The notes: a model not told the origin generated them from the sequence alone. A stretch of 64,000 nt of DNA from Phycisphaerae bacterium (GCA_963675745.2 CAXXWX010000023.1:1-64000); one strand, 5' to 3'; positions 25,665 to 35,284 are shown, numbered from the stretch's first letter. Made by a program: numbers and translations.

Positions 25665-25806
25665 GATCCTTCCTCCACGGCAAGACGCCGCGCTGGGCAC
25701 CGCCAGGCGGCGTCGCGATTCAGTTTGGATTTGCTACTGGTACAAACTGGGCGCGTGATGACTCGCTACGCGTAATGCGCGGCGAGACGCGCCGGGGTGG
25801 AAGGAA

Positions 25807-26190
25807 TCAAATGAGGAGGACAACCGTGGTGAGCAGTGGAATCGCCGGGGGTGGGCCGTGTGGCCAGTTGTGGTTGCGGTCCGCGCACGCGGGAGACGCC
25901 ACGGGGGCCGCCTTGGGGGTCGTCAGCACCAGGACCAGAGTGGGCCGTTCCGGGCCGGGGGCCGGGGCATCGGGCAATCCGAGCGGGGTGTCAGCGCAGG
26001 TACACAATCCGCGCCGGTCGGGCACACGTTGCCGGTCCGGCTGGGCCGGCGCTTGGCACCCGCAGTTGCACGCGCCCGCCGCGCAGCAACAGCAGCGGGT
26101 CGGCGCAGCTCCACGCTTGACGGGCGGACTCGGAACGAACGGAATCAGCGGCCCGGCGAGCTGCGCAAGGATGAGGATTGCGGCAATCAT
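25807..26190 (-). CDS. Cys-rich 127-aa upstream ORF (DUF2946/CruR-like) with a C-terminal HGPPP motif
   Basis: Hydrophobic N-terminus, CCCC..CNCGC..CTC, HGPPP 12 residues before the end. TATAAT lies 9 nt upstream of the ATG. Confidence 0.7.
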   Translation of the reverse strand: MIAAILILAQLAGPLIPFVPSPPVKRGAAPTRCCCCAAGACNCGCQAPAQPDRQRVPDRRGLCTCADTPLGLPDAPAPGPERPTLVLVLTTPKAAPVASPACADRNHNWPHGPPPAIPLLTTVVLLI

Positions 26191-26524
26191 GACCGTCTGA
26201 TTATAGCCGGCATGTGTGGAGAGGCCGCCGTGCGATGACCGATTCTTAGACAAGTAAGCTGTCGCTGCCCATGAGTGCCTTGTGAAGCGAGGTGTTCCGA
26301 TATTCCAAGCGCTGGCGCGCCGTCTCGGCGCTTCGCTTCCATCCGCCCGGCTGATTCTGTATCCTCTGAGTAGCCGGCGGGAACCCCGTGATCCCCATTA
26401 CAAAGCGCGGCGGCCGGCATCTTTGACGGCGCTGAACACACCATCTCCGGAGGCGGCTGGCAGTGCTAAATCCGTACACGCAACCGCATCGTGCCCCCAG
26501 GCCGCCAACCTCGATCAGGAGTTT

Positions 26525-27397
26525 ATGATGCCCGTCCCGGACAGAAACCGAGTGGTCCTGCTGCTTGCGGCAGCCAGCGCGCATTTGATGCTCTGGACCG
26601 CGGCCGAAGCGAGCAGCGTCAAGCCGATGACCGTCGAGACGCTCGCCGATCACTCCGGCCAGGTCGTTGTCGGGACGGTAGCGTCGGTGCGGTCATATTG
26701 GGCGACCGACCCCCGCCGCATCGAGTCCGAGATCACCCTGGCGGAGGTCGAGTACCTGAAGGGGCGGCTGCCCGGCTCTCAGAGCACCTTCTCGTTTATC
26801 GCGCCCGGCGGCGAAGTCGACGAAGTGCGGATGACGGTCTGCTGTGCCCCGGAGTTTCAGGTGGGCGAGAAGTGGATCCTGTTCCTGCTGCCATCATACA
26901 GAACCTACCCGGTCGTCGGGATCTACCAGGGCGCATTCCTGGTGCGACCGGATGAGGACGGCATCGAGCGCATCGTGTCGCGCCGGCACGGACGGGAGGA
27001 GCCCGTCACCGGCATCGACTCTGATGGTTTCATCCAGCACGGCTTACGTGGTGGCGGGCGCGCGCCGGCCCATGTGCTGCAAACCAGAAACGTGCGCGTG
27101 TTGACGCCGGCCGAGACGACCGGGGCGCGGCCGGCGGTGAGTTATGAGGACTTCGTGACCCGGCTACGGCCCGTGCTACAGGCCAGCCGCGATCACAAAC
27201 TGACCGAGCCGGCCGGCCGGCGGATTCTCGTGGAGTATCGCGCCGTGCCGCTTCAGCCGTCGCGGCTGCAACGCGCGCTCGACGAGGCCAACGCTGGACA
27301 GCCCGCCCGGGATCTGCCCCGCGGGCTTGATGCCGCCATCGAGGAACATGCGACACCGCGCGCCAGCGGCTCGCCGGATGCGGAGGTGACGCCATGA
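26525..27397 (+). CDS. Secreted hypothetical protein (metalloprotease-associated)
   Basis: SD AGGAG; signal peptide; VVVGTVASVRSYW..EVEYLKG..GGEV..PEFQVGE..LFL beta-rich domain; ATGA overlap with the next gene. Confidence 0.8.
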   Translation: MMPVPDRNRVVLLLAAASAHLMLWTAAEASSVKPMTVETLADHSGQVVVGTVASVRSYWATDPRRIESEITLAEVEYLKGRLPGSQSTFSFIAPGGEVDEVRMTVCCAPEFQVGEKWILFLLPSYRTYPVVGIYQGAFLVRPDEDGIERIVSRRHGREEPVTGIDSDGFIQHGLRGGGRAPAHVLQTRNVRVLTPAETTGARPAVSYEDFVTRLRPVLQASRDHKLTEPAGRRILVEYRAVPLQPSRLQRALDEANAGQPARDLPRGLDAAIEEHATPRASGSPDAEVTP

Positions 27398-30300
27398 GAG
27401 CGGCCTCTCGCATACTCCTGGCCGGCGCGGTCTCACTCAGCGTGACCTTCATCGGCGGCGACTACGCGCGCGGGTTCTCATATTTCTCCTACGGCGGCTA
27501 CACGGTGATCTGGTCCGGCGGCCAGAGCCTGCGTTATCTGTCGCCCACCACTTTTGCGGAAGGCAGCGAGCCCGACACCCTGCTGCTGGCATCCATGGGA
27601 CAATGGAGCAGTGTGTGGGGGAGCGGCTTTCAGTATTACTACTACCGCCTGACTGAAGACCCGGTAATCGACAACTACGATGGCTACAGCGACACGGCCG
27701 CCGTGCCGGCCGAATGGCTCGACCCGGGCGTCCTCGGCGTAACCTACATGGTCAGCTCGGCCGACCTCTGGTACGACATGGACATCCTGTTCGCCGACGT
27801 ACCGGACAACACCGGCTGGCATATGCTGACCAATCCCGACTGCGAGGTTACGCGCAGCCCCGCGCCGGACAATGGGTATTCATTCTACCTGGTTGCCCTC
27901 CACGAGCTCGGTCACGGGATCGGGCTCGGGCACGACCCGATCGGCAACGAGCCGCCAGGCAGTCCGTGGTTCATCGGCACCATGAACCCGGGGTATCCGG
28001 CGGGCGGGCCAATCGGCGATGAAAATGTCATCGAACTGCACACCGACGATCGCCGTGGCACACGTTTTTTGTATGCGGGCACGCCCGAGGCGGTCGTAGA
28101 CCTGGGCAACGCCAGCTATTGCGCGCAGGGGCCGACGCTGGGCAAGGTGGTGCCGCTTTTCGTTGAGCCGGCCACCATCACCCCCGGACAGGAACTGACC
28201 GCCTGGTCGGTGATTGAGAACCTGGGCACGGTCGGCGTGACTGACGTACGGCAGGGCTTCTATCTGTCCACCGAGACACCGATCGACCCGAATGACATGC
28301 TGCTGGGCGATGTGCTCTGGGATCTGCCGTCGGATGGCGGCTACGAGTTCAGCGTCGGCATCGACATGCCCGATCTGGTCGCCGGCACGTACTACTTCGG
28401 CTCTATTCTCGACGATCTCAACGAGGTCACAGAGGAGTACGAAGACAACAACCGCTCGACCTATTGCGACCCGTTGGAGATTGCCCAGGCGGTGCCGAGC
28501 TTTCAGCCGTTCAGCCAGCACGTTATCACCTGCGACGTGCCATTCATCGGGCCGACGCCCGTGGTGGACTATCCCATCAACATGGCGCCGATCACCTGGA
28601 GCCTGGACAATCCTCAGCCGGGCATGACCGTTGACCCGAACACCGGGGTGATCCACTGGCCCAGCCCGATCAAGTCGCCGTTCATCTACGAGATCGATCT
28701 GCGGGCAACGAACGATGCCGGCAGTTCGATCCAGACGCTCGAGCTCGGCGTGCACCAGGCGGCACCGGCCATCGTCGCCATCGCGAACCACCCCACGCCT
28801 TGCGGCGCCGACTACACCGGGCCGACACCGCAGCTCACCGCGCCGGACTGCATGGCACCAATCCTCAACTGGTCGCTGGTAACCGGCCCGCCCGACATGA
28901 CCATCAACAGCAGCTCGGGTGTGGTCTTCTGGCCCGACGCGGTGCCGGACTCCGGCCCTTACCAGGTGACGATCAGGGCCATCAACGACGTCGGCGAGGC
29001 GACCGAATCCTGGCTGCTGTACATCGCGTCGGCCGAGGGCGACCTGGATGCCAGCGGCGTCGTGGACCTGGACGACGTGGACCTGTTCATGCCGTGCGTG
29101 GCGGGCCCGGGCGTGACCATTCCGGGCGGGTGTGTCTGTGCCGATTTCGACCAGGATGAAGACGTTGATATCGCGGATTACGCGCGCCTGATGACGACCT
29201 TCAGCGGCACCGCCATACCGGAAGGTGCCTGCTGCTTTGACGACGGTAATTGCAGCGTGCTGACGGCGGCCACCTGTTACACGCTGGGCGGATTCTATCA
29301 GGGCGATGGGACGACCTGCGCCACGGTGAGTTGCCAGGGAGCCTGTTGCTTCTATACCGGCGGATGTTTGAACTTCACACTGGCGAACTGTGATATCGCC
29401 GGCGGCACATTCCAGGGCATGGGCACGCTGTGCGGTGACCTCACCTGTCCGCCCGCCGGCCAAGGGGCCTGCTGCTGGCCGAATGAGACTTGCAGCATCG
29501 CCACGGCCGCGGACTGCGCGGCGGGTGGCGGTGAGTTTCAGGGAGCGGGAATCTCCTGCGAGATCGCTGATTGCAGCACGCCGATCGGCGCATGCTGCCA
29601 CATTGACGGCGTGTGTTCGGAAGACACCGAGGATGCGTGTCTCGCGACCAGCGGGACCTACATGGGCGATGGGACAACCTGCACCGCGAACCTGTGTGAC
29701 GGTGCCTGTTGTTACCCTGACGGCAGTTGCCTGGATCTGAACGTGAACGACTGCGCCACCAGCGCCGGCACGTTTGAAGGACCGGACACGAGCTGTGCGA
29801 CGTTCACTTGTCCGGTGGAGACCGTCGGGGCGTGCTGTCACACTGACGAAACCTGCACCGAGGAGACCGAGACGCGTTGCGCGGGCTTTGGCGGCAGCTA
29901 CCAGGGTGACAACACCACCTGCGCGGCCGCTGATTGCAGCGCCGCGGCGCAGGGCGCCTGCTGTCTGCCGAATGAGAGTTGTGTCGTGGTCACGCCGGAA
30001 GCGTGCGCGTGGCAAGGCGGCACCTTCCTCGGGGCCGGCGTGAGTTGCACCGGCGTCGACTGTGGGCTCTCCGAGACGGGTGCCTGCTATGATCCGGTCG
30101 ACTGGAGCTGCACGGTCACGGGGCCGGGCATCTGCACGGCGCTGGGCGGCACGTATGAAGGCGCGGGCACCACCTGCGCAGGTACGCTCGCCCCCGAGTA
30201 CAGCAACGTGATCGCCACGCCGACCACGTTCTATCCGCCGGGCGCCGCGTCGGCGATGGCCGACGACATGACGCTCGCCGGCACCGCCCGCGGGCTGACG

Positions 30301-31650
30301 TATTATGACCTCGCGGTCTTCGGCACCGGCGGTGGAACCTACAGCGTCACCGCGGCGCTCTATGACGATTGCCCCGGCGACGGCGGCACGCTGATCGCCG
30401 ACACGCAGGCGACCTGGTCGGCCATACCGGCAGATGATTACATCTACACGCTCTCGGCCGATCTCTCGGGCGACCCGATCCGCCTGCCGGACACCGTCTG
30501 GATGGTGGTGACCTTCTCGACCGCGAACTCCGGCTGGGTGCAAGCCGAGGCCGCCGAGACCGGCTTCACCGACGATCTGTTCGGCGAAGATGACCCGCCC
30601 TGGGGATGCGATTTCTGGTTCGGCGGCCCACCCAATGACTACGCCGGCTTCTGGGCGAACATCCAGTGCGTGGAGCTGCCCGAGGCGGTGGGTGCCTGTT
30701 GCCACTCCGATCAGAGCTGTACCGAGGGCACGATCTCGGCATGTGATGCGGCCGGTGGTATGTTCATGGGCGAGGATACCACGTGCGCCACGGTGGATTG
30801 CACCGGCCTGGATCTTGGGGCGTGCTGTGATGTGGTTGACTGGGGCTGCACCATCACCAACGCGGCCGACTGTGCGGCGGCCGGCGGGAGTTTCGACGGC
30901 GTCGGCACGACGTGCAACGCCGCCTGCCCGGAGTATCAGAACGAGATCGACCCGGTCACCCTCTCATACAATCCCGGCCAGCCGATGGCCGATGACATCA
31001 CGCTGGCCGGCAGCGCGCGCGACCTGGCGTATTACGAGATCGCGGTCTATGGCGGCGGCGGCGGGACGTTTGATTTGTCCGCCGCGTTCTATGACGGATC
31101 GCCGTGCAGCGGCGGCGTGCAGATTCCCGCCAGCCTGGCCAGCGGCTATGGACTACCGGATGGGCAGGTGCTGAACCTGACGGTCGCGCTGCCGACGCCG
31201 GTGACGCTGCCCGACAACCCGTGGCTGGTGGTCGAGTTCTCGAACGCGTACGCCGGCTGGATCGTCGCCGAGCAGGCCGAGGTCGGCTCGACGACGGACA
31301 ACTTCGCGATGGCGAGTTGGGACGGGCAGCAGTGGAGTTGGGCGTGCGATTACCAGGTAGAGGACCCGCCCAACGATCCGCACGCCGGCTTCTGGACGAA
31401 TGTCCAGTGCATCGAGGCCGGCAAACGCCAGCCGACACGCGGGCGGCCGCTCGTCACGGTGACGCCGATGAACGTGCCCGCCGGCGCACTGCGGCTGGCG
31501 GACCCGCGCAGCGGCGGACGACAAGTCGCGGAGCCCGTGAGACTGCTCGGCGCGGCACCGCGAGGCGAACGGAGGATTCAAACCACGCAACAATGGCTGG
31601 CCGACTCGCCGGTCCTGGCACCATCGCCGGCAAACCGCCACCGCCGTTGA
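27394..31650 (+). CDS. Secreted matrixin-like (metzincin) metalloprotease with CARDB-like, 2 Ig/cadherin-like, dockerin-like EF-hand, 10 GACC Cys repeats and 2 repeated beta-rich modules
   Basis: HELGHGIGLGH at 27901-27933 plus Met-turn GTMNP; GDLDASGVVD..D / ADFDQDEDVD; GACC-x5-C-x7-C repeats. Confidence 0.85.
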   Translation: MRAASRILLAGAVSLSVTFIGGDYARGFSYFSYGGYTVIWSGGQSLRYLSPTTFAEGSEPDTLLLASMGQWSSVWGSGFQYYYYRLTEDPVIDNYDGYSDTAAVPAEWLDPGVLGVTYMVSSADLWYDMDILFADVPDNTGWHMLTNPDCEVTRSPAPDNGYSFYLVALHELGHGIGLGHDPIGNEPPGSPWFIGTMNPGYPAGGPIGDENVIELHTDDRRGTRFLYAGTPEAVVDLGNASYCAQGPTLGKVVPLFVEPATITPGQELTAWSVIENLGTVGVTDVRQGFYLSTETPIDPNDMLLGDVLWDLPSDGGYEFSVGIDMPDLVAGTYYFGSILDDLNEVTEEYEDNNRSTYCDPLEIAQAVPSFQPFSQHVITCDVPFIGPTPVVDYPINMAPITWSLDNPQPGMTVDPNTGVIHWPSPIKSPFIYEIDLRATNDAGSSIQTLELGVHQAAPAIVAIANHPTPCGADYTGPTPQLTAPDCMAPILNWSLVTGPPDMTINSSSGVVFWPDAVPDSGPYQVTIRAINDVGEATESWLLYIASAEGDLDASGVVDLDDVDLFMPCVAGPGVTIPGGCVCADFDQDEDVDIADYARLMTTFSGTAIPEGACCFDDGNCSVLTAATCYTLGGFYQGDGTTCATVSCQGACCFYTGGCLNFTLANCDIAGGTFQGMGTLCGDLTCPPAGQGACCWPNETCSIATAADCAAGGGEFQGAGISCEIADCSTPIGACCHIDGVCSEDTEDACLATSGTYMGDGTTCTANLCDGACCYPDGSCLDLNVNDCATSAGTFEGPDTSCATFTCPVETVGACCHTDETCTEETETRCAGFGGSYQGDNTTCAAADCSAAAQGACCLPNESCVVVTPEACAWQGGTFLGAGVSCTGVDCGLSETGACYDPVDWSCTVTGPGICTALGGTYEGAGTTCAGTLAPEYSNVIATPTTFYPPGAASAMADDMTLAGTARGLTYYDLAVFGTGGGTYSVTAALYDDCPGDGGTLIADTQATWSAIPADDYIYTLSADLSGDPIRLPDTVWMVVTFSTANSGWVQAEAAETGFTDDLFGEDDPPWGCDFWFGGPPNDYAGFWANIQCVELPEAVGACCHSDQSCTEGTISACDAAGGMFMGEDTTCATVDCTGLDLGACCDVVDWGCTITNAADCAAAGGSFDGVGTTCNAACPEYQNEIDPVTLSYNPGQPMADDITLAGSARDLAYYEIAVYGGGGGTFDLSAAFYDGSPCSGGVQIPASLASGYGLPDGQVLNLTVALPTPVTLPDNPWLVVEFSNAYAGWIVAEQAEVGSTTDNFAMASWDGQQWSWACDYQVEDPPNDPHAGFWTNVQCIEAGKRQPTRGRPLVTVTPMNVPAGALRLADPRSGGRQVAEPVRLLGAAPRGERRIQTTQQWLADSPVLAPSPANRHRR

Positions 31651-31845
31651 GCGGAAGCAGCGGCCGACGTCGCCATCGGCCGTCGAGCACACGAAACGCC
31701 CGCGTGCCAGGCACGCAATGTAACGGCCGGCGCCCCGCCGGCCGTCGAAAACTGGAAGCGTTGTCTCGTGCCGACGGCCTGCGAGGCGCAGGCCGCTACT
31801 CGGCTCTGGCACCTGACTGTCGGCACCGGCATGAGGGAAGGAAGC

Positions 31846-33306
31846 ATGGAGCACGACCACGCGCTGCAAAGCCTGATTCGCCGAACAGCTCTCGTGTTGA
31901 TTGGCGTTGCGTGTCTGACATCGGTCCCCCTGCCCGCCCAGGAGATCAAGACCGCCGACGAACTTGGCCTGTACGGCATCTCACCGGCGGCGCGGGTACT
32001 CGTTCTGGCAAGCGATCCCACACTCGAACCGGTCGAGCCGGCTGACCAAACCTGGATTGCCGGCGCAAGTCTGCCCGCGTTCCATGGAATGGGTTTCGAA
32101 CAAACCACGCGGACCATCTCGGACCGTGGTGACCGGGCCGGCTGCCCGGACGAGGGCTTTGCCTCCCGAGCCTACGCCCGCGACAGCGGAAATGACTGGC
32201 CCTGGCTGCCGGCCAACACGCTCGTCGCCGACGACCTGACGCTCGAAGCCGGTGACTGGGTCATCGGTTGTTATGACGTGCTGATCTATGCCGACAACGA
32301 CGCCGCCTACGGCTGCAACGTCAGCCGCACGGTCACTGTGCGGGCTTACGATGCGTGCAACGGCAACCTCATCCCCGGCTCACAGGAGAGCTGGTCCGTA
32401 CCGCCGCACGGCGGACCGGTGCTGCTGACGGGCGTGACGAACATCGACTTTCCAGCGTCGGGCACGATCTGGTTCGGCCTGACCACCAGCATCGACAAGT
32501 GCGACGGCTGGTATCTCGGCCAGACGCAGTACGAAGGCTCGACGACCAACGTCTTTCAGCTTGCTACGGACTGCGGGGCCTGCATCAATCCACCGACGTG
32601 CAGTCCCTGGTCCGGGTTCATCGCGGTGCTCTATGGCTGCACGTTGCCGACGTTCAGCAGCCAGCCGGCCGACGCCGATATCTGCACCGGCGGCTGGCAC
32701 CAGTTCTGCGTCAATGTCAACGGCAGCGGGACGATTGACTACCAGTGGCAGTTGAACGAGGGTGACATAACCGGGGCGACATCGCCGTGTTACGTCGCGA
32801 CGCAGGCCGGTTCGTACCGGTGCGTCGTGACCGACGACTGCGGCACCTCGATCAGCAACAGCGCTACGCTGACGCTGAAGACCGGGCCGACGATTACCGG
32901 GCAACCTGTCGGCGGAACGGCCTGCGCCACTCATCCGCACGAACTTTGCGCAGCGGCCGACGCGATCGGGGAACTGCACTATCAGTGGAAACGCAACGGC
33001 CTGACGATCATCGGCGCAACCTCGGCGTGCTATCAGGCCGGCGACCCCGGGGCCTATACCTGCGTGCTGACCGATGACTGCGGCTCGACGACCAGCGACG
33101 TCGCCGATGTGCTGGTGGCCACGCCCGACACCGGTGATTTTGACGGGAACGGTCAAGCCGATTGGGCGGACTGGAATCTGCTGAGCGATTGCATGAGCGG
33201 GCCGCAGTCCGCCGTGGCGCCGGGTTGCGAGTGTACCGACGCCGACAGCGATCTCGACGCCGACGTGCCGGACTTCGCGGTCCTGCAAGCGGGCTTCGAC
33301 AGCTGA
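31846..33306 (+). CDS. Secreted protein: beta-rich module + 2 Ig-like domains + C-terminal dockerin-like EF-hand pair
   Basis: Signal peptide; YQW..N...I.GAT..CY....G.Y.CV.TDDCG twice; GDFDGNGQAD / DADSDLDAD. Confidence 0.8.
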   Translation: MEHDHALQSLIRRTALVLIGVACLTSVPLPAQEIKTADELGLYGISPAARVLVLASDPTLEPVEPADQTWIAGASLPAFHGMGFEQTTRTISDRGDRAGCPDEGFASRAYARDSGNDWPWLPANTLVADDLTLEAGDWVIGCYDVLIYADNDAAYGCNVSRTVTVRAYDACNGNLIPGSQESWSVPPHGGPVLLTGVTNIDFPASGTIWFGLTTSIDKCDGWYLGQTQYEGSTTNVFQLATDCGACINPPTCSPWSGFIAVLYGCTLPTFSSQPADADICTGGWHQFCVNVNGSGTIDYQWQLNEGDITGATSPCYVATQAGSYRCVVTDDCGTSISNSATLTLKTGPTITGQPVGGTACATHPHELCAAADAIGELHYQWKRNGLTIIGATSACYQAGDPGAYTCVLTDDCGSTTSDVADVLVATPDTGDFDGNGQADWADWNLLSDCMSGPQSAVAPGCECTDADSDLDADVPDFAVLQAGFDS

Positions 33307-33337
33307 CGCGACAAGTGCGGAGCGGGAGAGACTAAAC

Positions 33338-35284
33338 ATGAGCGCTAACGTTCTTGCAGCGGTGTGCCACGGCTCTGTGAGCCGTGTTTCTCTCAGCGCA
33401 ACGCAGCACGGCTCACAGAGCCGTGGCACACGCCGACTTTTGCTGGACAGTGCGACACGTGGCACACGCGTGCTTGCAGCCCTGCTGGCGGTCGCCGTTG
33501 TGGCGCCGGTGGCCCGCGCCCAATGCGAAGCCGACTGGGATACGTCGGTCGGCAACTCCGGCCTCAATTCGACCGTGTGGAGTCTGCACGCGGTGAACGA
33601 CGCCTCGGCCATCGGCCCGGCACTCTACGCCGGCGGCCAGTTCAGTTCTGCCGGCGGCACGGCGGCGAAGAACATCGCCATGTGGGACGGCAGCTCGTGG
33701 TCACCGCTGGGCACCGGTGCCGAGAACGGCGGCGTGGTGTACGCGATGGCCGCCAAGGACGGAGTGTTGTACGCCGGCGGCGCGTTCGGGAACATGGGCG
33801 GCCTCGCCGGCACCAAGCGCATCGCCAAGTGGGACGGCAGCACCTGGTCGGACGTCGGCGGCGGCATGGCCGACAACAACGCCGGCATCCGCGCCATGGT
33901 CTTCTGGGACGACGATCTTTACGTCGGCGGCTACCTCAATGAAATCGGCGGCGTCACCGCTCATAAGCTCGCCAAGTGGGACGGCGCCGCCTGGTCCGCA
34001 CTGACCGGCGACCCGCTCGGCAGCACCGACGTCGTCGACGCGCTGGCCGTGTGTGACGATGGCAGCGGCACGGCGCTGTACGTCGGCGGCGAGTTCGCCA
34101 GCGCCGGCGGCGACGCCTATGCCGCCAACGTCTTCCGCTGGGACGGCACGAGCGTCAGGCCGCTCGGCCGCGGCACCAACGACCATGTCGAAGCCCTGGT
34201 CGCCTGGAACGGCGATCTGTACGTCGGCGGCCACTTCAACCGCGTTTACCAAACCGACGGCACCGAGGTCGTCGCCAACAAGATCGCCCGCTGGGACGGC
34301 ACGAGTTGGCATGCGCTCGGCACCGGTTTGAACTCCGTCTCGTCGTATCACGTCTGGGCCTTAGGTGTGTTCGATGACGGCGCCGGCGAGGCGCTGTACG
34401 CCGGCGGGAGCTTCACAACCGCCGGCGGCGTGACCGTGCGAAACCTGGCCCTTTGGGACGGCGCCTGGCACAACGTCGATTCGGCCGACTTGAACGGATA
34501 TGTCTACGCGTTGAGCACGTCCACTTACGACGGCGGGCTGTACGCCGGCGGCACGTTCACTACGTCGGGCACGCCCAGCGCCAGCCGGATCGTCCGCTGG
34601 GGCGGGCCGCTGCCGGTTTCGCCTATCAACGTGGACGCCGATCCGAACACGATTACCGAGGGCGAGTCGTCCACGCTGTCGGCCTCGGTCGCCGGCGCGA
34701 CAATCTACTGGTACACCGACGGCTGCGGCCAGACGCTGGTCGGCACCGGCGACGTGCTGGTCGTCAACCCGGCTGAGACGACCACCTACTACGCGCAGGC
34801 TCACGACGGCACCTGCTGGAGCTACGCTCGTGACGCGGTCACGGTCACGGTGCTCTGCGCCACGCCGACGATCACGACGCAGCCGATCGGCGGCGTTTTC
34901 TGCACCGGCCACGACCACGAGCTCTGCGTCACGGCTGAGGGCAGCGGCGAATTGCACTACCAGTGGAAGCGCAACGGCCTGGCCCTGATCGGCGCGACGG
35001 CGTCCTGCTATGCCGCCAGTCAGGCCGGCACGTATTCATGCACCGTGAGCGACGATTGCGGGCCAACCGACAGTGACACCGCCCAGGTCGCCGAGGCATC
35101 ACCGGATGCGGGTGACTTCGACGGCGACAGCGACACCGACTTCGCCGACTTCGGCCAACTCACAGACTGCCTCGAAGGCCCGAATAGCGGCGTCGCCGCA
35201 GGCTGCGAATGCGTCGACGTTAACACCGACGGCCAGATCGACGTCACCGACTTCGCGGAATTGCAGCCACTGTTCACCGGCTGA
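33338..35284 (+). CDS. Secreted beta-propeller protein with Ig-like domains and C-terminal dockerin-like domain
   Basis: About 6 LYxGGxF....IAxWDGxxW repeats; Ig_7-like VNPAETTTYYA; GDFDGDSDTD / DVNTDGQID. Confidence 0.85.
   Translation: MSANVLAAVCHGSVSRVSLSATQHGSQSRGTRRLLLDSATRGTRVLAALLAVAVVAPVARAQCEADWDTSVGNSGLNSTVWSLHAVNDASAIGPALYAGGQFSSAGGTAAKNIAMWDGSSWSPLGTGAENGGVVYAMAAKDGVLYAGGAFGNMGGLAGTKRIAKWDGSTWSDVGGGMADNNAGIRAMVFWDDDLYVGGYLNEIGGVTAHKLAKWDGAAWSALTGDPLGSTDVVDALAVCDDGSGTALYVGGEFASAGGDAYAANVFRWDGTSVRPLGRGTNDHVEALVAWNGDLYVGGHFNRVYQTDGTEVVANKIARWDGTSWHALGTGLNSVSSYHVWALGVFDDGAGEALYAGGSFTTAGGVTVRNLALWDGAWHNVDSADLNGYVYALSTSTYDGGLYAGGTFTTSGTPSASRIVRWGGPLPVSPINVDADPNTITEGESSTLSASVAGATIYWYTDGCGQTLVGTGDVLVVNPAETTTYYAQAHDGTCWSYARDAVTVTVLCATPTITTQPIGGVFCTGHDHELCVTAEGSGELHYQWKRNGLALIGATASCYAASQAGTYSCTVSDDCGPTDSDTAQVAEASPDAGDFDGDSDTDFADFGQLTDCLEGPNSGVAAGCECVDVNTDGQIDVTDFAELQPLFTG
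33362..33431. repeat. REP/REPIN-like 25-bp perfect inverted repeat inside a CDS
   Basis: GTGTGCCACGGCTCTGTGAGCCGTG (33362-33386) and its exact reverse complement (33407-33431); each arm is itself a hairpin. Confidence 0.9.

Noticed and set aside
27880..30705. 941-aa antisense ORF (also 8220..9806, 37953..39932, 47144..48895 and similar)
   Set aside because: Shadow frames of high-GC genes; no recognisable motifs, and each lies opposite a well-supported CDS.
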